64,000 nt of DNA, taken from NCBI GenBank assembly GCA_040954595.2, contig CM082592.2, positions 2,917,462-2,981,461 on the forward strand, given 5' to 3'. Of the stretch, positions 53,001-64,000 are shown piece by piece (positions within the stretch are counted from its first letter, which is position 1; each line of letters opens with the position of its first letter). This DNA is from Balanoglossus misakiensis. Its lineage: Eukaryota > Animalia > Hemichordata. The notes beneath the pieces are model-generated. The model saw nothing but the letters and a program-made list of their open reading frames with translations, had not been told where the DNA came from and made no database searches. The position numbers were made by a program, and so were the translations under genes.

Positions 53001-56000
53001 AAGCTGAGGTTTGCTCTGAAAGTGATATCAACATAAATGTGTGGTTACACCAAAGAATAACAAAGCTAAACAGAATCTACATACATGTATGTATACACTT
53101 ATAATTTTTCAAATATTTCTTGCACATGTTCAAAATATGACATATATGCATCATATCAATGTGAACGGCCTAATTGTCTATGGAACCGAGCACAAGAGTC
53201 TATCCTTAAACTTTGTGTGTGTGAGGACACAAAGCGACTCAAAGGATTAATCCTCTGTGTTTACAAACGGCAAAGAGTGTCTCTGAAACGTTTCTAGTTT
53301 TACCCAGTGTGAACGTGGTAACTGTCTGCACATGAAAGCAAGAACATTTGAGAAAATGCAAAGTAAACCAATTACAAATGTACCTCTGCCTCCAAGTTCA
53401 CATTCTCATACAAGTGTTGTGTGTAATCTTGGTACTTGTTCTGCAGTTCATCACGCACCAGTTCAAAGACTGCATAATGAACAAACTGATACTGCTCCTG
53501 TATAAGATCAAAGTAAGGAATTTGTGTGATCAGTGTAAACTTTGATGATGCAGTAACTAAATATTTTTAAAATCATGAGAAGGATAGGAAAATTACATCT
53601 CGTGAATCACAGACAGACAAACAGACAGACAGACATACATGTACATACATACATACATACAGACGGACGGATGGACGGAAGGACAGACAGACAGACACAC
53701 ACACACACTTACACAGATTACAGATACTGACTGATCCCATAAGCTCCCCTGGTATAATTTACAATTAGCAAATTGGAGCTAAACAGACTAATGATCTTAC
53801 CTTTGTTTGCACAATAGCTGGTCTCTGTTGCCTCATTCCATCAATAACATCAAATAAACAAAATGTATCATCCAGTTTCTGAAATGATTTAAACACGAAA
53901 GTTGAATGTCATTCATCCGAAAGATTTAGGTCAACATACATGACATATTGTGTAGAAATACTCCCTAAATTGAATTTAAAATACAAAGGGTTACTACTAT
54001 CAGATTTTAAATTATTCCGTCTGTCAATTAGTCAATTGTACCTCCTCATAGTCTCAACCTCTAAAAGCAAAATATCCAAGGTTTAAGCGATCATAATCAG
54101 ATTACAAAACAAGTCACAAAACATTTGAATCAAACTAGACAAAAGGGAACAATGTACATGTAGCTAAGGACATCATTTTTTAATATTAGTGAGTGACCGT
54201 CTGGAGAAAGTTCATAAAGTTTTCTGAAATATTTGTGTTTTATTACCAGCCAGTCTAGATGTATTTGAAATGAAATGTGTTTTAGCGCCCATAGTCAATA
54301 ATGAATACTAACTCACCTGTGATTGTATTAACTTTCTGACATAGTCAATAACTATAACAGCGCCAGTTCTTCCACAGCCAGCACTATCATCAAATAAAAA
54401 CATATTAAATGAAACTTGAATTCACTACAAAAACACAAAGAAACCACAATAGGACTAAAACACTTACTTGCGACTAAAACTCAAAGTCATATCTACACAT
54501 GGTATTGGTAGCCATTGCACACTTGGAAATTCTTGTGGACTTTAATTTTTAACCTGATCCACCCAAAAAAATAGTTCAACCATCATAAAATGACTACACT
54601 AACCTACAATGCAAGACAATTGGTTTGTTGTCATCAGGCTGAATTTTGCGTACATCTGTCATCATCTTAATGATAGGTAATGATGACCTTGGAATGCCAT
54701 GATCTGGCCATGCAGTATAATGAAGCTGATGGATTTGTCGGGTTTCCTGCAAAAATAAGCAGTAATTCGTGAAAATTTATGATGTAGAAAAAACAAAAAA
54801 TAGCTAGCTATGATGAACAACTCTGCTGCACAGGTGAAAATATATACACTTCTTAAACCACCTATATGTTGTACACACCTATGTAACAATAAAACTAAAA
54901 TGTTAAAAAAGCCCCCTTTTACAGAGGTGTTAACTACATAGCTGATACAGGATCGTGCTCTTTATTCTGATGCTAGAATGTCAAAAATTCTGTGATACCA
55001 GTAGCATACTGTAAAACGGGTTATTTTCACAACAGGAAATTTCGCGATATCAAGAGAGGTAACAGTTACGCAAGGATTAATTTTCGCGTTCTCTTATTTT
55101 TACTGCATCGTTATGTCCGAAAAACATTTTACGCAACTATTTATTTTTCACGTTTTTTTTTACTCTAGCGTATTTCGCGAAAATTTATTGCTCGGGAAAA
55201 TAACCCGTTTTACAGTAGATAGAGGCAGGAGCTGGCAAGAATCATGAATTACATGTACTATACTGACAACTCATCAAATGAAGACACTACATGTACTTTG
55301 TATAATTGCAGGAAAGTATGATGATAAAGTTGCATGAAAATTGATGTACATACCGATCCTTTTGTGGCACAAATCTCTCTCAAGATAACATTTTGACTCA
55401 GCTGTTTCTGCTCCTTCTGAAGAGGTAAATGAATTTGAAAGCATGAGAAATAGTCAAAAGGTGAAACCTGATGTAAAAATACACAAAACAACATCTTGGA
55501 ACAAACACAGAATAATCATCATCTATGGAATAATTTCTGCCTTAATCTATTTAATGGTGTTTTCTATGTTCGATATCAACAGCACATTGCACGTTACCTA
55601 TCATTTTATCATTAATCATTTTATTCCAGAGATCTACAGTACAATACCATGCATTTTAGATCTTTCAAAAAATGTACACAATTTGGCTGATTCTATGGTC
55701 ACCCTGAACATAGCATATTTAGGGGCTATTACAGAAAGCCTTTAACTACTATGTGAAATTGAATGTATATGGTCAGTTAATGGCAACGTGAGTGTTAATT
55801 GCCCAGCTGTCAAGTCCAAACCATGGTCATTGACCCGTCCAATAAAGAGTCAAATTAAGAATTTTTTCCCGAAAAATCAGGTAGGTTGAATTCTTACAGC
55901 AGTCGAATGACAGGAATAATTACGGTACTTAACACTAAATATCAAATATGCTTTCAGTTCACTTACCAATGTAACTTTGATGTCACCAAAACTTCTTTCA

Positions 56001-59000
56001 TCACCACGATCTACCCAATACTGTTCACATTTTGGCTGAACAAACGGAAACAAAAAAGCATTTACGCCAGCCATACAGTTTTTAACTTGCCATGGTCAAC
56101 AAAATCATCTTCACTAGATCAACAGAATTATACAACAAGTAAGTTGGAACAAAAATGGTTCAGGCATGTTGGAATTATGAAAATGTGAGTGAGTCACTCA
56201 GTTTGTCACCATGGCATTTCGTCTGCACAGTCTTTGTCTGCACCACGTTGCTGAAGTTGCCCGTCAGCTGGAAATTTGAATGCCAACGTAACTGCGCCTG
56301 AGCGCGTCTGACGTCGTTTGATATCGAAGAATTTGAAATACATGACTTCACCCCATCCAAAAGACAGAAATATCAGGACCAATATGGGCCAGACTGGTGG
56401 CAAGTTTAGATTTTATCCCAAGACGCCCCAAAATATGTCCAAAATATGATACATTGTGTTTACCTTTGCAATTTCTACAGTTTTACATGTCATCACGACA
56501 ACTTCAATTTCATAATGCCACAACATTCTCCAGAAATCACCAACAGTATATGGTAATGGTCCTTGTGCAGCAATGTAAACATTTTTCTTACCATCAATAC
56601 CCTGAAATAAAAAAAAATTTAAATTTTTTACTGATGGTTGCTTGTTCCTGTATTGTAAGTATTTTTGTGGATGGATGAGAGTATTATGTCACTTTTGAAT
56701 CCATTTTTTGTGTTGACATGGAGACTTTTTATCAGCAGAAATTCTTTGTGGAGAATGGCCAGGGAGGAGACCTCTGAAACTGAGGGTCCTAGATGTGATT
56801 GCTAGGGAAAGCTATCCAGAAGTTTCTTCACTAAAGTTTGAAATGGAGAGTGCAGAGGAACGTGCAGTTTCCACCACCCCCATCCAAAAACTGTGAGGTT
56901 TTGAATGAAAAACTGTTGTTAAACTTTAGAGACTCCTAAACAAATACCTACTCAGGTTTGGAAAAGTTGTAGTGAACTTTATGAGACTTTTTGGTAAACC
57001 TATGTCAGGCCTGGACTAAAGGGACAAATCTCTCGCTCGCTGCCCCTTTTCTATTAATTGTGTTTGATACAAAACAGTGCTTATGTTCTTCTACATATGG
57101 ATATATAACGGATCAACGTTCAACCACACACAACTTCCATCCCGCTTGTAGACAAAAGAGTGAAAAACTCACCAAAATGAATAATCTGTCTCTATCGTTT
57201 ATTCATTTTGGCGAGATTTTTACTCTCGTAACCTACATACGGGATAGAAGTTGATTCACTATATATTCACATGCAGAATAACATAAACGCTGCTTGTATC
57301 AAACATACGTAATGGAAAAGGGGCAGCAAGAGAGAGACTTTGTCCCTTTAAAATCAGAGGAAGCAGTCACGAAAAATAAGAGGTTACAGCAGAACAACGG
57401 CCTTGAGACAAAGAGGAGCATACTGTCCCCTACCTTGATGAAGTTAGCATTGATGTAGTCAGAACCAGCAACATCAGGTATTTCTGGGAGAATAACCCTG
57501 GTTTCATCAACTGCAGTGAAAATAGAAAGCAAATACAATAAATCCTGTGCCTGCTTCGTAGTTATAATAAAAAGACCATCAATAAGTTGATGTAAATAAA
57601 ACATTTATGATCAGTTTCAAATTTTGAACCAAATTAGTAAAATACTGATGAAATTTGATTCTTCATGTCTAAGTAATATCACTTTCACAGACCAACTGCA
57701 ACTTGCAAGCTGAAAAACACACTCGATTGGCTGGTTTATACCTGTAATAACAGTGACAGACCCTTATTTATGCAAGAACATGCCCACCCAAACATCTGAA
57801 TATTCATGATGCATAGCAAATCACCAGGCACTGTGAGGTACACACATTGTATATACACTATGAGCGGACCCGTGGGTAATAATACTAGCAAGAGTTCGCC
57901 ACAAGAGGGCGCACAGGAGATCAGGCGGTAGCAAGAGTTCAGAAATATAGCTGCAAGCAGCGATGACGGGCCCAAGCTTAAGCCGAAGGTCAAAGGTCAT
58001 AAGTGGTCACCCAAAATTTGGGCAAGAAATTTTGACCCCATACTGGTCCGTGTCCCACAAGAACAAAATCTCTAGCCCTATTGGTTCGCCTACAATTATG
58101 TATGTGCATAATTAATGAGGTAAAGTGTAAGGCTCCATCAGGAGTTCCATCCCTCCAAATGCCACGGCTGTAGCTGCTGTGCATGCCGAGATATGGTAAA
58201 GTAGGTCAAAGGTCACCTGAGGTCACCCAAAATTTGGGCAAGAAATTTTGACCCCATACTGGTTCATGTTCAGCAAAAATCAAACCTCTAGTCCTATTGG
58301 TTGGCCTGGAATTAGGTATGCACATAATTAATGAGATAAGCAGGTGTCACAGGTGACCCTCAATTTTGGCTTTTAAATTTTAGTCCCAACCCTCCAAACG
58401 CCAAGTCTGTACCTGCTCAGGATGCCGAGATATAGGAAAGTAGGTCAAAGGTCACCTGAGGTCACCCAAAATTTGGGCAATTTTTTTTTACCCTATACTG
58501 GTCCATGTCCCACAAGCACAAAACCTCTAGCCCTATTAGTTAGCCCAGAATTAGGTATGCACATAATTAATGAGTTAAGCAGGTGTTACAGGTGAGCCCA
58601 AAATTTTGCCTTTTATTTTGGTCCCATTTTGCTCACGGGCCAATAGAGAGTCACAGTACAGGACCATTGCACAGATGTGGACATAGCATCATAGCTTAAC
58701 TATAGAAAGTATAGGCCTATGGCTGGGTCCAAAAAATATGAAATATAATATTTAAAAATCTTCTTCTCAAAATTGACTTGGCCCAGAGCCTTGAAATTTA
58801 GCATGTAGGACACTGACCATATGGTCCGCAAAATGATTGCACAGAATTTTGATATCGTCATTCATATGCAAATTAGGCCCATTTGAAAACTTTGCCCATA
58901 TATGGTCATCAGGTCATGTGACTAATTACACATTCACGAGGGTACTGCACGAGCTCTCATAGACCTGCACCATTGTGCCAAGTTTGAGATTTGTAGGTTC

Positions 59001-62000
59001 AGCCGTTTTCAAGATCTACCTGAGCAAAAAAACTACACAAGAAAAAAAAAAAAAAAAAAAAGATGAAAAACCCCAGTAATACCAATAGGGCACAAGCCTG
59101 CTTGGCTTGTGCCCTAAAAAGAGGAACCAAACTGATAAGAGAAAGGCAGGTACTCAACAAAACATATTCAGTTTCAATCATAGTATTTCTCTACTTTCCC
59201 TGAATAAATCGCTGTGATTACAGCAGAGAGTGGTTGACTTTTTGTACCCATAGTGCAATTCAATAATCTGTGAGATGACTCATTAAAGGTATACGGCCAC
59301 CTATGCAAATTATGTTGTTACCATGGGAAATTAAGATTAGCCAATCATAGATTTTCACTGGGTGGCACCATATGTTCTTTAGAACACTCAGATATGCCGT
59401 TTTTGCCGTTTATGGACATATTGAAATTGGAGGTTCCTGGGTACCTTTAACGTGAAGTTAAAACTACCGTAATACTCACATGGAAGAATATCTTTGTATC
59501 TATTTTTCTTCATATTTACGTCAAGCTCTCCATGTTTGCTTGGTTTTTCCTTTCTATATTTGACTGAACGGTGTTTCAAACTCTGTGTAATAAAGAATAT
59601 GTATTGGGTTTTTTTCTATCACACATTTAAAAGATTATTACACAACAGAAACATGTCACAAATGAAATATTTAAATATGAATATTGTTGATAATCCAATA
59701 GTATCTTATATTTCGAGACTGAGCTTACAGAAACAACAAATAAGAACTTGTGACAATTATGAGAAAAGCGGGTGGAAAAAATACATTTAACAATACAATA
59801 TAAACTGAACAAAAATTCAATTAATGCAATATAAACAATAAAAATATAGTAGACATTAATTAAGTAAAATGCAGAAGACATGACCTTTTTTACCATATTC
59901 CTCTCTTTCCAGACATAATCAGTTGAGTGTTCCGTCTGGCATAGAAACATGCCAGTGATTAATAGTGAAGTTAATGACCAGCCTCGGTGCACTTCCATAC
60001 AAAAGAATTTGTTACCCAGACCTACACCAACAATTTTTACATCCGAGTCCATACACGTCTTGGTTTAACATTTTCACCCCCAGTTCCCTCTTTAGAGGTC
60101 CAACTTTACCCCCAAAAAACAATAAGTTTGGACTAAACCATGGTGGCGAAAGGGTTAAGAACTCCAAAATGTGAGCAATACCGTGCAGGACAATAGTTTT
60201 GAAACAAATTGCATAATCAATGATATAGGGTATCAAAGAGACATAATTTGAGTACAGCAGCACACAAGTCAAACAAGGAAGTTACATTTCCATATCCCTG
60301 AGTGGTCATTTACATGTAATATGGAAGTGGAAGCAAATTGCCCACAGCATAGCACATACATATATGCAGTTTCAGCAGATTTCATTTTGTTTACTTTATA
60401 CACACAAATCATACATTTTCCTTCTTTTTTTTTAAATTAAAGCTATACGGTCACCTATGGAAAATTAGCTATAGTTACCATGGCAAACTGAGATCTAGCC
60501 AATCACAGATTTTCAGTGGGTGGCACACGCGAAAAAAAGAGCGCCACCATGTGTTCTTTAGAACGCTCAAATACTCCATTTCAGCCATATATGGGCGTAT
60601 GTAAATTGGAGGTGACTGTATGTATACCTTTAATTAAAAAGACCTAAGGCATTGTCAAGTCACTCATAGGCCCTGTTGGCTCAACAGATTTAGATTAGAA
60701 TACAGGCTGGATTCACAAATTAAAGACATGATGTGTGTATATATATATGTACAATATGGTGCACTTGTGTGGTGTTAGTGTGCAGTTAGTGTAAATTAAA
60801 ACAATAAGAATTACATTTATTTCAATTGTCAACAGAATTCTATTAATGTTGGCCAGGCTCATGATAAGCAGTCGTGATTAAAGGTTTTCTTTATGAATGA
60901 TATCAATCTGCTCAAAGGTTTTGTTCCAAACGACTCTTTTGGAGAACTCTAGATGCATTTATCAGATACCGGAGAATAAACATGGCTGGCTATCACAAAC
61001 GACCATACGAGAACAATATATTACACTGAACCATTACATGTATCTATCTACCAGTATCCTGTTTGAGACAGGTCATAAAGGTTAACTTTTGTGGAATTCA
61101 ATGGAGCCAAGAACTGAAACACAACAGTCCAACCAATAATGGTCACTCAATGAGGTAAACTTCAGTAAATTCACAGAATTATTTGCATATCATGAGGGAT
61201 CCTAATAAGAGTACAGATGGGTAATTTTTAACCTTGTGGTAGAACATGGTAGAAAAATAGTAATTTTGACACTAACTTCAAACTGTCAATAGTGTCATGT
61301 AAATTTTCTTGTCGTCAGCTCAAATAAATTTTATAACATTAAAAAACCTACAATAATGCTTGATCATTTCCACCTGTTCAATGCTAATAGCTTAGGCCAG
61401 GTACATGTAGACAAAATTAAAATGTTGGTATGCAGTTATTTATCACACTACCAAAATGTATGTCTTTTTAATTAAGACTGAGAACATTTATCAATGTGAG
61501 ACTTATGCACACAATTACAGGTATGCAGAACACAACCAATGAAAATATCTAATGATATACTGTATCACGAAATAATCAAGAAGTGTAAATATTGTTAACA
61601 TCCTGTTCCACTGGAATCAGCACGTCTATTCAGAAAAAATTAAATTTATGTAATTTTATTTCACTATGGACAGTCACAGGGTTAGTTGAAGGGAAGGGGT
61701 CGTCACACCGCGTGGGTGTCCCCCTTGATGAGAATATGTCCTCCTATACCAGCACAAACCCCACTGCAGTCGCCACGACCTACTACATGTAGGATCTTCA
61801 GTTGCTGTCATGCCCAGTCTACGCTACGGTTGGCTGCTTCGTTCATTCTAAGAATTATCTAAGGTCTGAACACTTGGCACGCTATACTGAGATTAAAATA
61901 ATTTACAGATAATAAAATCAATTTTTCAAAGGTTCTCCAAACAGCATATCACACGACTCAAAGAGTAAACAATTACCCATTGCATTTGAACTCATTGGTT

Positions 62001-63498
62001 CCTTTTATTTAGCCTTTCAGATGATGTACACAATGCTGATAGTGGATTAATTTACAGTAGGGTTCACACCAGACAATTTATGCCTGCCCCAAAAGGCGTA
62101 AATTTTAAAACCTAATTAAATTTTTGCGGTCTACATTTTTGTTTTGTGGATCTACTACTAGTAAATTTCTAAAAGGATTGTATTTTCTTGTACAAATTTC
62201 TGAAATATAATGAAGCTCCAAGTATTTCACTTATCAACGCAGTCTTTATGTATGTTAGTGCAAATGTGAATTCAAGTCCGGACTATAATTCATTTGTCAA
62301 CCATACCAATGGTCATGTGACTGATTGGAACTCATTATAACAATTTATTTGGTTTGGTTTGGTTAGGTTTTCGGTTATACAAATATGTTAAAGTAAAGCC
62401 AAAAACTCACACAAGGAGGCCGTAAAACTGAGGAATTCTTGAAATATAGGTTTTGTCATTCTTTGTGATTTTTTTTTTATTTCTGGTACAGTCTAGCTCC
62501 TTTCCATGACCAAAAATGCACAAGGAGACCATACATGTACCAGAAATTCAAAATATATCACTCAGAATGATGACAAAACATTTCAAGAATGTTATGTAAT
62601 GTTTCCACAGTTTTATTGTAGTTGTTTTCCTGCAGTGAGAACAACACTCAGACATGCCAATTTGCAAGAATACCCAACAATTGTGAAAACTACTAATACT
62701 ATGTACTAATTTTTGCCTGTTGGTTCTCTTCCTGCAAGCTGACAGCAGACTCCAAAATGACTCCGAAAACATCAACACTGCCTCCATAAAATGTGTGTTT
62801 CAATCTGAAGGCTGACCTTTTGAAAACAAGAGACTGATACCGTTCTATTGGTACAATGTATAACCAGGAAAGAAACAATTCGACTGCCTATCAGTACTTA
62901 TATCTCAGAAACCAAATTTCCCAATGACGCAAACATGAACGGTCCATGTTGACATATTTTGCACTGCATGAATGTGTATACAATTTTACATGGGCAAATC
63001 AGGGGAATGGGCGAAGCGTTGAAGAGATCACAGATTTTTTATATATAAAAGGCTACATGAAACACACAGTATGCACTGTGCATGCACATACTAGTATGCA
63101 ATTGCATGTAATCACTGCCACAGTCAATATTCACACTGACTATCAAAAATCACAACCAATCGCTAGCCAGAAAGCACATCGACCATTTTCCATTCCAGGG
63201 CTCTATGGCTACTTAAGGCCAATGCATGCATTTGTACATGCTCTGCATAGCAAGCAAAACAGAACTGAGTCCCAAAATAAGAGAAAAACCACAGCGACAA
63301 TCAAGGAAATGTTTGCTGAGATGAACAGTGCACGCCCTACACTGCACCGTACACGTACCATCAACATCACTGCATAGGTTGAGTTATAGGAGATTTTACC
63401 TGAAATTCCCCGTGGAAGACATCATCACCTCTTTCAGTTCGTTTCGTCATGTCATTGACATAGTCAAGGAATGCTTCTAAATGTTCCTTTACACTCAT
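47039..63498 (-). CDS. PTPN12: PEST-family non-receptor tyrosine phosphatase (PTPN12/PTPN18/PTPN22-like), 18 exons, ~848 aa
   Basis: Exons (minus): 63498-63400, 59582-59480, 57510-57434, 56601-56464, 56035-55967, 55416-55354, 54746-54604, 54383-54317, 53878-53801, 53497-53384, 53015-52976, 52665-51718, 51048-50962, 50299-50245, 49488-49386, 48819-48612, 47959-47891, 47124-47039. Motifs KNRYKDILPFD, DYINANFIKG, QGPL, DFWRM, WPDHG, HCSAGCGRTG, VQTKEQY, PPDLPDRTPASY and a CTH-like end FPNRPFKTNGPRETPKRW. Confidence 0.93.
49049..49076. repeat. (TACG)n microsatellite
   Basis: tacgtacgtacgtacgtacgtacgta. Confidence 0.9.
49788..50197. mobile_element. Probable MITE in a PTPN intron
   Basis: agaccctggag (49791) ... 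ctccagggtct (50185-50195); CpG-richer interior. Confidence 0.55.
53600..53782. repeat. (GACA/TACA/GACG/CA) compound microsatellite with HINE-like end
   Basis: Direct reading; the end motif is shared with 27095-27125. Confidence 0.75.
55007..55217. mobile_element. MITE family A copy
   Basis: tactgtaaaacgggttatttt ... aaataacccgttttacagta. Confidence 0.85.
57017..57352. mobile_element. Second copy of the 10886-11232 element
   Basis: taaagggacaaatctc ... gagactttgtccctttaa with the same palindromic core. Confidence 0.8.
57885..59116. mobile_element. Helitron/Helentron-like non-autonomous element with internal ~240-bp tandem repeats
   Basis: Terminal hairpin tagggcacaagcc-tgctt-ggcttgtgcccta (59086-59116) next to an A-run; three repeat units starting ~57987, 58203, 58442. 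Confidence 0.7.
60065..60159. mobile_element. ~95-bp TTAA-flanked short element; copies at ~7535-7630 and ~46925-47010
   Basis: Shared ttcacccccagttccct...gtttggac...atggtgg.gaaa.gggtt. Confidence 0.7.
60438..60633. mobile_element. Copy of the 30615-30805 element
   Basis: ttaaagctatacggtcacct ... ggtgactgtatgtatacctttaa. Confidence 0.8.
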
Positions 63499-63529
63499 TT
63501 TGTAGCGTCGACCCAGAACAAATTCTAGT

Positions 63530-63705
63530 GAGGTTCATACCAGGAAGTACAATTCGAAAACGTCGGCCATAACTATCGGTCACCTCAGCTTGGCTATAGA
63601 AAAGTTAGACAAGACCCTCTAAGTTCGTAGATCTAAGAAAATTCAGAGCTGTTCACGGGCGGGCGCCAGGCCAGGGCGTGGCCGGGGCTGAGTATAAAAG
63701 TGAAT
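63530..63705. promoter_or_regulatory. Promoter region upstream of the PTPN gene, possibly bidirectional
   Basis: CAGGAAGT (63541-63548), GC boxes GGGCGGGC (63657-63664) and GGGCGTGGC (63674-63682), and a plus-strand TATAAAAG at 63693-63700. Confidence 0.6.
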
Positions 63706-63769
63706 ACATATACACTTTCAATACTTTAAGGAGCACGCATTTTGTTGTAAAGCTCGCGTTTCAACCCGA

Positions 63770-64000
63770 CGATCTACAGAGTCTTGCGGAAAACTTTCTT
63801 ATGCGCTCAGCCTATGTGTTCTACGCATCACAACGGAATTCCGTAAATAAACGAGACGGTGTTTGGAAGCATCCATGGATATTTTAGAACAAAACCTCGA
63901 TCTACAGAGTCTTGCGGAAAACTTTCTTATGCGCTCAGCCTATATGTCCTACGCATCACAACGGAAGTCCGTAAATAAACGAGACGGTGTTTGGAAGCAT
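63770..64000. repeat. 128-bp tandem repeat running off the window end
   Basis: cgatctacagagtcttgcggaaaactttc... starts at 63770 and again at 63898, with only a few substitutions. Confidence 0.92.

Noticed and set aside
51987-53007. Plus-strand ORFs of 99-185 aa
   Set aside because: Antisense shadows of the large PTPN exon.
53304-53325. 22-nt candidate PTPN micro-exon (TVTTFTL), phase-compatible as an alternative to 53015-52976
   Set aside because: The upstream intron would be only 58 nt, there is no homology support, and the gene is in frame without it.
56206-56403. ORF MPPVWPILVLIFLSFGWG... resembling a signal peptide, in a PTPN intron
   Set aside because: Non-ATG start, no usable splice sites, and it lies in a segment with weak inverted ends suggesting a repeat.
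62548-62787. Possible alternative first exon of PTPN
   Set aside because: No phase-0 GT donor compatible with exon 2, and no family similarity.
1-64000. tRNA, rRNA, snoRNA or autonomous transposase/RT genes
   Set aside because: None recognisable by eye; a covariance-model scan would be needed to exclude small RNAs.

Overview
AT-rich, intron-containing animal DNA, probably an invertebrate deuterostome (taxon inferred only). Four protein-coding genes were reconstructed by hand from GT-AG splice sites and frame continuity. (1) ELAPOR/KIAA1324-family gene, minus strand, 22 coding exons (25128->7127 or 6860), apparently with two alternative last exons. (2) CFAP276/C1orf194, plus strand, 4 exons (25690-28003), head-to-head with ELAPOR across 561 bp that holds an RFX X-box-like site and a perfect DR1. 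(3) An intronless class A GPCR with several degenerate signature motifs (35227-36306). (4) A PTP-PEST-family phosphatase (PTPN12/18/22 type), minus strand, 18 exons (63498->47039). Introns and intergenic DNA carry many non-autonomous DNA elements: TA-flanked MITEs, TTAA-flanked elements, long-hairpin elements and a Helentron-like satellite carrier. The most notable signals are the apparently ancient ELAPOR-CFAP276(-PTPN) microsynteny, the alternative ELAPOR tails and the atypical GPCR. I found no wholly new system. All homology calls rest on recalled sequences, not database searches.
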